In this document: positions 7,087 to 12,239 of the stretch, piece after piece
Numbering within the stretch: position 1 is the first letter of the stretch
Layout: the number at the start of each line of letters is the position of its first letter
Assembly: GCA_038823825.1 (NCBI GenBank)
Contig: JAWBCC010000008.1
Location: forward strand, 1 to 12,239
DNA from: Candidatus Hadarchaeales archaeon
Lineage (GTDB): Archaea; Hadarchaeota; Hadarchaeia; Hadarchaeales; Hadarchaeaceae
DNA: 12,239 bases
Direction of reading: 5' to 3'
Notes under the pieces: model-generated
What the model was told of the DNA's origin: nothing
Database searches by the model: none
What the model saw: only the letters and a program-made list of their open reading frames with translations
Translations under genes and position numbers: made by a program

Positions 7087-10000
7087 CTACGCGAAGATGA
7101 AGAACTTTAGTATGATTATTATCACCACTGCTACCGCGACAGCTATCGCAGCAGCCACTGTCCAAGACACTGCCGGACCCGGTGCGGGAGGTGTTTCAAC
7201 CGTGAGAGTTATGGTCGCGGTGTGCGTCCTGCCACCACCACTTGCAGTCACTGTTAACGTGTAAACTCCGGGTTCTGCCACCGGAGTTGCGGTTATCGTG
7301 AGCGTCGATGTGAAAGTTGGAGTTCCGGACTGCGGCGAGAAGGATGCGCTCACTCCTCCCGGAAGTCCAGAGATCGAAAGCGAAACTTCCTGCGAGAATC
7401 CTTGGATTGCTGTTATCGTGATCGTCACTGTCTTGTTTTCACCATGTTTAATCTTGATGTTCTCTGGCGAGACCGAGATGGAGAAGTCACCGGCCGTTAC
7501 CGTGAACGTGTGGGAGACGGGTGATGAATAGTTACCGGCGTTGTCCTTTGCTCTGACCTCAACCGTGTAAGAACCGGGCGCAAGGTTGGATATCGTGAAA
7601 GAGAAGGAAACCGTTTTACCTTTTGTAATCGAAACATTTACCCAGTTGCCGGCGTTCACTCTGTACTCGACGGCGACGACTATTGTTGTCACATCCGTTG
7701 CAGTTCCGGAATATGAAACCGAGGTTTCACTCGTGGTGCTCGGCGGAGTCTGCGTGAGGGAAACTGTAGGCGGAACCGTATCAACGATAAACCAGGAGGT
7801 TGACCAAGCGCTCGCGTGGCCGGCTCCGTCAACTGCTCTGACTCTCCAGTACCACTTTCCATCGGGCAGGGCGTTCTCCAGAACATAGTTTTCATTAGTT
7901 AAGTTGTCCCTCGTCAGGAATGGTGAGGTGAAGTTTTCATCGTTGTCTATCTGAATCTCGTATTTTATTCCGGACGGATCCACCACGCGCTGCCAGATGA
8001 GCGTTGGAGTGTTGTCGTTCGTATTCTCACCCGTGATCGGCGAGACTATCGTTGGAGCAGATGGAATCGAATTGTCAACACCAAAAGACCAGATGGATGA
8101 CCATCCGCTCTCCAGACCACTTCCGCTGACAGCCTTGACTCTCCAGAAGTACAACCCTTCCGGAAGTGCTATCGGTAGTGTGTAGAAGTTGTCGATCACG
8201 TTAACGTTCTCATGAACTAGCGGCGATGAGAACGTGTTTTCGTTGTCAACCTGAACGACATATTTTATTCCGCTTGGGTCTACCACAGCAGTCCATCTGA
8301 GCGTCGGTCTGTTCTCCTCTATCCATGAACCATTTGCCGGCGCGATTAGAGATGGTGTGGCCGGAGGAGCGGCTACTACCCTGAAGCTCCAGACCGATGA
8401 CCAGCTACCCTCGTTACCGGCATTGTCCCTCGCCTTCACGCGCCAGTAGTAAACATTGTCCGGAAGAGCTGGTGAGACTTCCCAGTAATTATCAAAGACC
8501 CAGGCGCTGGTTCGAACAATGTTCGAGAATCCGTTGTCTGTTGCGACCTGAACTTGGAAGCTCAGCGGAAGAGAATTCTCAAACGGGACTTGCCAAGTCA
8601 GTCTAGGTGTGTTGTCGCTGGTGTTTTCGCCGTTGGTTGGAGAAACTAAAATCGGTGCGGCTGGGGGTACTGTGTCCACTCTCACACACCAGATAGCAGA
8701 CCATGGACCTTCATTTCCAGCATTATCCTTCGCTTTCACGCGCCAGTACCAGAGTCCATCTGGAACATTATCTGCAGTCATGCTTGTATTCTCGGTCCAT
8801 GTTCCATAGTTTTCGTGAGAGAAATTAGAAACATCGCTGAACGATATATAATACTTGATTGGCAGTGAGTTGTCGCTTACCGCGGACCATACAAAAGTTA
8901 TCGTTGTGTTCTTCGTCTTTAGACCATTCTCTGGGGAGATAAGCGTCGGAGCTGGCGGAGCAATAGTGTCTACCCTAAACCTCCACACCGATGACCATGG
9001 GCCTTCATTTCCGGCATTGTCCCTAGCTCTCACCCTCCAGTAGTATACACCGTCCGGAAGGACTGGAGTTATTACGCTGGAAGTACCTGTTGTTGACCAA
9101 ACCGTAAGGGTTGTTGTAAAGACCAGCGGGGCTGTGAATGTGTCCTCGTTGTCGACCTCTATCGTGTAGACGACCGGGAGAGAGTTCTCAAAGACATTGT
9201 TCCAGACGAGAGTAGGCGTGTTGTCATTCGTGTTCTCTCTATTCGCAGGAGAGACCAACACGGGGGGAGCCGGCGGAACAGTGTCGAGCCTGAACCATCT
9301 TATGTTTGAAAAATCAGACATGTTTCCAGCATTGTCGATTGCTGCGGAAATCGCATAATACACTCCATCCCTCAAGAGCGGGGAATATTGCACGAATGTG
9401 ATGCGTTGGATCGTGCCGTCGGGTGCGCAATTTATTGTTAACTCCACTATAACAGAACCCGACTGATACCGATGAATTACTTGGGACGGATAGCCTGAAT
9501 TATCAACATAGACTAAATTTGAAACGTCCATCAGTATATCCGCTGCAAAAACGGAGATCACGGAATTGTCAATGTACTTGGGGGAATGGACTACTATCAT
9601 TAGAATGTTGTCTAATGATGAGAAGTTCTCATTGTCGTCAAAGCCTATACCGACAATCAGCGGATAGGAGTTTTCCGCTGGAATCGTTACGGATGCTCCA
9701 AATACTGTAAGGTTCTTTCCGTTTTCCGGACCTACAACCTGCGGCGCAGCCGGCGGAATCGTGTCTACTCTAAATCTCTGAACAGATGACCATCCACTTT
9801 CGTTTCCGGCATTGTCTCTTGCCTTCACCCTCCAGTAGTATACACCGTCCGGAAGGACTGGAGTTATTACGCTGGAAGTACCTGTTGTTGACCAGACCGT
9901 AAGGGTTGTTGTGAATGCGAGTGGGGCTGTGAACGTGTTCTCGTTGTCAACCTCGATCGTGTATACAACGGGCAAGGAGTTCTCGAAGACGTTGTTCCAG

Positions 10001-12239
10001 ACCAAGGTCGGCGTGTTATCGTTCGTGTTCTCTCCATCGGACGGCGAGACGAGAGATGGTGCAGCAGGCGGAATCGTGTCTATTCTAAACCATCGAATTT
10101 CGGAAAACATGTTACTTCCAGCTTTCCAACCTCTCACTCGCCAGTAGTAGACTCCGTCGTCAAGCATCGACAAATTATAGTAGTTATCGCTCGTGTTCTC
10201 GAGGATTACATTCGGTGGAGAGAAATCAGGATCATTGTCTACCCAGACTTCCCAGTTGTCCGCAACCGTCAAGTTGTCCCATCTAAGAGTCGGCGGGAGT
10301 TTGAGGTTTTCGCCGTTCTCGGGTGAGACAAGAACTGGGAATATGAGCGAGATCTCGAATGTCCAGACCTCCGAGAATAGATGATTCTCTCCATTCCTCC
10401 AACCTCTCACCCTCCAGTAATAGATGCCGTCAGGAAGACCTCCAGAGAAAACATCCGCAACATCAAAATAGTTTTCTGTAGTGTTCTCCAATATCAGCGG
10501 TGATGAAAAATCTGCGTCGTCGTCAAGCCAGACCTCCCAGTAGTCCGCGACGGCTGCATTTTCCCACTCGAGCCTTGGTGTGTTGTCTGCAATTGTTTTA
10601 CCGTTCTCAGGATAGCGGAGAACGGGGTAGAGCGAGTCCAGAGTGAATTTCCAGAAACCAGAATCCCAAGTTATATTTCCGGCGTTGTCTCTTGCGCTAA
10701 CCCTCCAATAATAAACATTGTCTGGAAGTTCGGGGAGAGTAACACTCGATGTTCCGGAGATCTCCCAATTTTCCACCGTTAGGGTCAGCGAACCTGTGAA
10801 ACTGGGCTCGTTATCGACTTGGATTATGTAAACTATTGGGAGAGAATTTTCGTAAACGTTTTGCCAAACTAGTGTTGGTGTGTTGTCATTTATTATGGCG
10901 CCATCTTCCGGCCAGACTTTTTCCGGAAGCTGGGGCGGAACCGTATCTACCCTGAACCAAATTTGAGAGTTTTCACCTACATTACCAGCGTTGTCTTTGG
11001 CCGCAACCCTGCAGTACCACACACCATTGGGAAGAGCTGGTGAGACGGTCCAGCTCGTCGAAGAAATCCAGCCGGAGTCTCTGTCGATAGACTGGAAGTT
11101 CGGATCATCGTCAAGCACAACCCTGTAAAGAACCGGAGTAGAATTCTCTATCACCGGTTGCCAGCTAATCGTTGGTGTGTTATCGTTTATGTTTGCACCA
11201 TTTGAGAGGGCAGTTATGGTCGGAGCCTGAGGCGGAACCGTATCTATTCTGAAGCTCCAAGTCTCTGACCATGGTCCCACATTCCATACGCTGTCCCTTG
11301 CTTTCACTTTCCAGTACCAGAGACCGTCCGGGATATCTCCTGGTGGGGAGAAGGTTGTCGATAATATCCACGACGTATTGAAATTCTCATATGTGAATGC
11401 TGGATTGTCGCTCAGAGCGGCGTAGTATTCGACAGGTGTGGAGTTCTCTGGAACGGAAGACCAGCTGAAGGTTGGTCTCTTGTTATTTGTATTCAAACCA
11501 TTCTGTGGAGAGATGAGCGTGGGTGCGACCGGTGGAGTTGTGTCTATTCTGAAAGACCAAACTTCTGAGGAGCTCTCTCCGGCCTCGTTTATCGCCATGA
11601 CCTTCCAGTAATATTTTCCATCAGAAAGCTCGACGGTCGGCGTATATGTTTCATCATTTGGCCCGAGCAGGACGTTTATCGCAGGAGACCCGAAGTCGTT
11701 GTCGTTGTCAACAAGCAACCTGTGATTTTCCGCGTACTCTCCCTTTTCCCAGATGAAGGTTGGGGTATTATCTGTTATCGTGCTGGTGTTGTACGGCGAA
11801 ATCAGCTTTGGAGCCGTTGGTAGTATTGCCATCATCTCGCTTCCAACAGTTGTTGTAGGCTCAACCGCAGCATACTTCCTGACGAAGAACCAGTCGAAAT
11901 AGTAGCTTGAATCTCCGCCGGTGTCCCAGGCTGCAAGAACATATTTGTCGCAGTAGTTGTTTGGGTCGGTTGCGTAGTTCCAGTTTCTGATTTTTTCGGG
12001 AGCTTCCCATAAAAGGTACCTGTAGTTTTCGTTGTCTCTTCCGTAATAGAACCTCGCCCTTATCTTGTTATTGTCGTATAGAGACAGTGTGGCAATGTAA
12101 TAAACGTCTGGTTGGTAGTTACCTGGCGACCATGATCCATCAGAAAAGAATTTATAATTGCCACTGTCATCTTTGAAGAATCCCGCATACTGTTGACCGC
12201 TTCCAGCCCTGTAGAATGTTCCTGGACCATTCAGCCCCA
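7087..12239 (-). CDS. Giant repeat-containing surface protein, partial (N-terminus beyond window end)
   Basis: The 1582-aa ORF of the track stays open upstream of its assigned ATG to position 12239. Manual translation gives GLNGPGTFYRAGSGQQYAGFFKDDSGNYKFFSDGSWSPGNYQPDVYYIATLSLYDNNKIRARFYYGRDNENYRYLLWEAPEKIRNWNYATDPNNYCDKYVLAAWDTGGDSSYYFDWFFVRKYAAVEPTTTVGSEMMAILPT. At least 1716 codons in total. Confidence 0.93.
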   Translation of the reverse strand, partial: GLNGPGTFYRAGSGQQYAGFFKDDSGNYKFFSDGSWSPGNYQPDVYYIATLSLYDNNKIRARFYYGRDNENYRYLLWEAPEKIRNWNYATDPNNYCDKYVLAAWDTGGDSSYYFDWFFVRKYAAVEPTTTVGSEMMAILPTAPKLISPYNTSTITDNTPTFIWEKGEYAENHRLLVDNDNDFGSPAINVLLGPNDETYTPTVELSDGKYYWKVMAINEAGESSSEVWSFRIDTTPPVAPTLISPQNGLNTNNKRPTFSWSSVPENSTPVEYYAALSDNPAFTYENFNTSWILSTTFSPPGDIPDGLWYWKVKARDSVWNVGPWSETWSFRIDTVPPQAPTITALSNGANINDNTPTISWQPVIENSTPVLYRVVLDDDPNFQSIDRDSGWISSTSWTVSPALPNGVWYCRVAAKDNAGNVGENSQIWFRVDTVPPQLPEKVWPEDGAIINDNTPTLVWQNVYENSLPIVYIIQVDNEPSFTGSLTLTVENWEISGTSSVTLPELPDNVYYWRVSARDNAGNITWDSGFWKFTLDSLYPVLRYPENGKTIADNTPRLEWENAAVADYWEVWLDDDADFSSPLILENTTENYFDVADVFSGGLPDGIYYWRVRGWRNGENHLFSEVWTFEISLIFPVLVSPENGENLKLPPTLRWDNLTVADNWEVWVDNDPDFSPPNVILENTSDNYYNLSMLDDGVYYWRVRGWKAGSNMFSEIRWFRIDTIPPAAPSLVSPSDGENTNDNTPTLVWNNVFENSLPVVYTIEVDNENTFTAPLAFTTTLTVWSTTGTSSVITPVLPDGVYYWRVKARDNAGNESGWSSVQRFRVDTIPPAAPQVVGPENGKNLTVFGASVTIPAENSYPLIVGIGFDDNENFSSLDNILMIVVHSPKYIDNSVISVFAADILMDVSNLVYVDNSGYPSQVIHRYQSGSVIVELTINCAPDGTIQRITFVQYSPLLRDGVYYAISAAIDNAGNMSDFSNIRWFRLDTVPPAPPVLVSPANRENTNDNTPTLVWNNVFENSLPVVYTIEVDNEDTFTAPLVFTTTLTVWSTTGTSSVITPVLPDGVYYWRVRARDNAGNEGPWSSVWRFRVDTIAPPAPTLISPENGLKTKNTTITFVWSAVSDNSLPIKYYISFSDVSNFSHENYGTWTENTSMTADNVPDGLWYWRVKAKDNAGNEGPWSAIWCVRVDTVPPAAPILVSPTNGENTSDNTPRLTWQVPFENSLPLSFQVQVATDNGFSNIVRTSAWVFDNYWEVSPALPDNVYYWRVKARDNAGNEGSWSSVWSFRVVAAPPATPSLIAPANGSWIEENRPTLRWTAVVDPSGIKYVVQVDNENTFSSPLVHENVNVIDNFYTLPIALPEGLYFWRVKAVSGSGLESGWSSIWSFGVDNSIPSAPTIVSPITGENTNDNTPTLIWQRVVDPSGIKYEIQIDNDENFTSPFLTRDNLTNENYVLENALPDGKWYWRVRAVDGAGHASAWSTSWFIVDTVPPTVSLTQTPPSTTSETSVSYSGTATDVTTIVVAVEYRVNAGNWVNVSITKGKTVSFSFTISNLAPGSYTVEVRAKDNAGNYSSPVSHTFTVTAGDFSISVSPENIKIKHGENKTVTITITAIQGFSQEVSLSISGLPGGVSASFSPQSGTPTFTSTLTITATPVAEPGVYTLTVTASGGGRTHTATITLTVETPPAPGPAVSWTVAAAIAVAVAVVIIIILKFFIFA
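7102..7173 (-). other. C-terminal transmembrane anchor of the giant protein
   Basis: AVSWTVAAAIAVAVAVVIIIILKFFIFA at the extreme C-terminus. Confidence 0.85.
7195..7485 (-). other. NEW3-like/archaeal beta-sandwich domain preceding the TM anchor
   Basis: DFSISVSPENIKIKHGENKTVTITITAIQGFSQEVSLSISGLPGGVSASFSPQSGTPTFTSTLTITATPVAEPGVYTLTVTASGGGRTHTATITLTV. Confidence 0.6.
7777..11835 (-). repeat. Array of about 13 tandem Ig/FN3-like repeats of roughly 90-105 aa (one about 160 aa)
   Basis: Recurrent PPxAPxLxSPxNGxNTNDNTPTLxW...YxxxVDNDxxF...LPDGVYYWRVRAxDNAGNxSxWSSxWxFRVDTV. Confidence 0.9.
9825..9894. repeat. 70-bp block identical to 9030..9099 (offset 795), inside repeats 7 and 9 of the giant protein
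   Basis: tcaccctccagtagtatacaccgtccggaaggactggagttattacgctggaagtacctgttgttgacca is present at both positions. Confidence 0.9.

Noticed and set aside
7298-10384. Series of plus-strand ORFs of about 60-100 aa (7298..7531, 7586..7888, 7997..8185, 8609..8809, 8855..9043, 9911..10147 and others)
   Set aside because: They resemble one another (SVGVLSFVFSPxxGETxxGAxG) only because they are antisense to the tandem Ig/FN3-like repeats. Not evidence of separate genes.
7777-11835. CRISPR array or DNA-level tandem repeat
   Set aside because: Periodicity is around 270-315 bp, coding and mostly diverged at nucleotide level. No short identical repeats with unique spacers.
1-12239. Mobile element, phage genes, tRNA or rRNA
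   Set aside because: No transposase or integrase motif, terminal inverted repeat, tRNA-like or rRNA-like segment was recognised by reading. A tool-based scan would be needed to exclude these fully.

Overview
The whole 12.2 kb window reads as one co-directional minus-strand cluster of secreted or membrane-anchored surface proteins. It looks archaeal: BRE/TATA-like elements sit upstream of two genes and the domain repertoire fits, but taxonomy is an inference. In transcription order the genes are: (1) a giant 5'-truncated protein (7087..>12239, at least 1716 aa), with a DUF2341-associated lectin-like segment, about 13 tandem Ig/FN3-like repeats, two further beta-sandwich domains and a C-terminal TM; (2) a 182-aa secreted protein with a C-terminal TM (6465..7013); (3) a 1364-aa mosaic protein (2374..6468), with a LamG-like domain, Ig/FN3-like repeats, a ConA-like region, a GH130/GH43-like five-bladed propeller, CARDB-like repeats and a TM, overlapping gene 2 by ATGA; (4) a DUF2341 protein of about 618 aa (407..2263) without an evident C-terminal TM; (5) the start of a further signal-peptide protein (1..394), which the ORF track misses because it runs off the edge. 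Main points for follow-up: a perfect direct repeat of at least 177 bp shared by genes 4 and 5; a LamG-like domain that appears circularly permuted and nested inside a split Ig/FN3-like repeat; a conversion-like 70-bp identical block between repeats 7 and 9 of the giant protein; an insertion-bearing repeat 8; and the translationally coupled gene 2/gene 3 pair. No RNA genes, CRISPR arrays or transposases were recognised.
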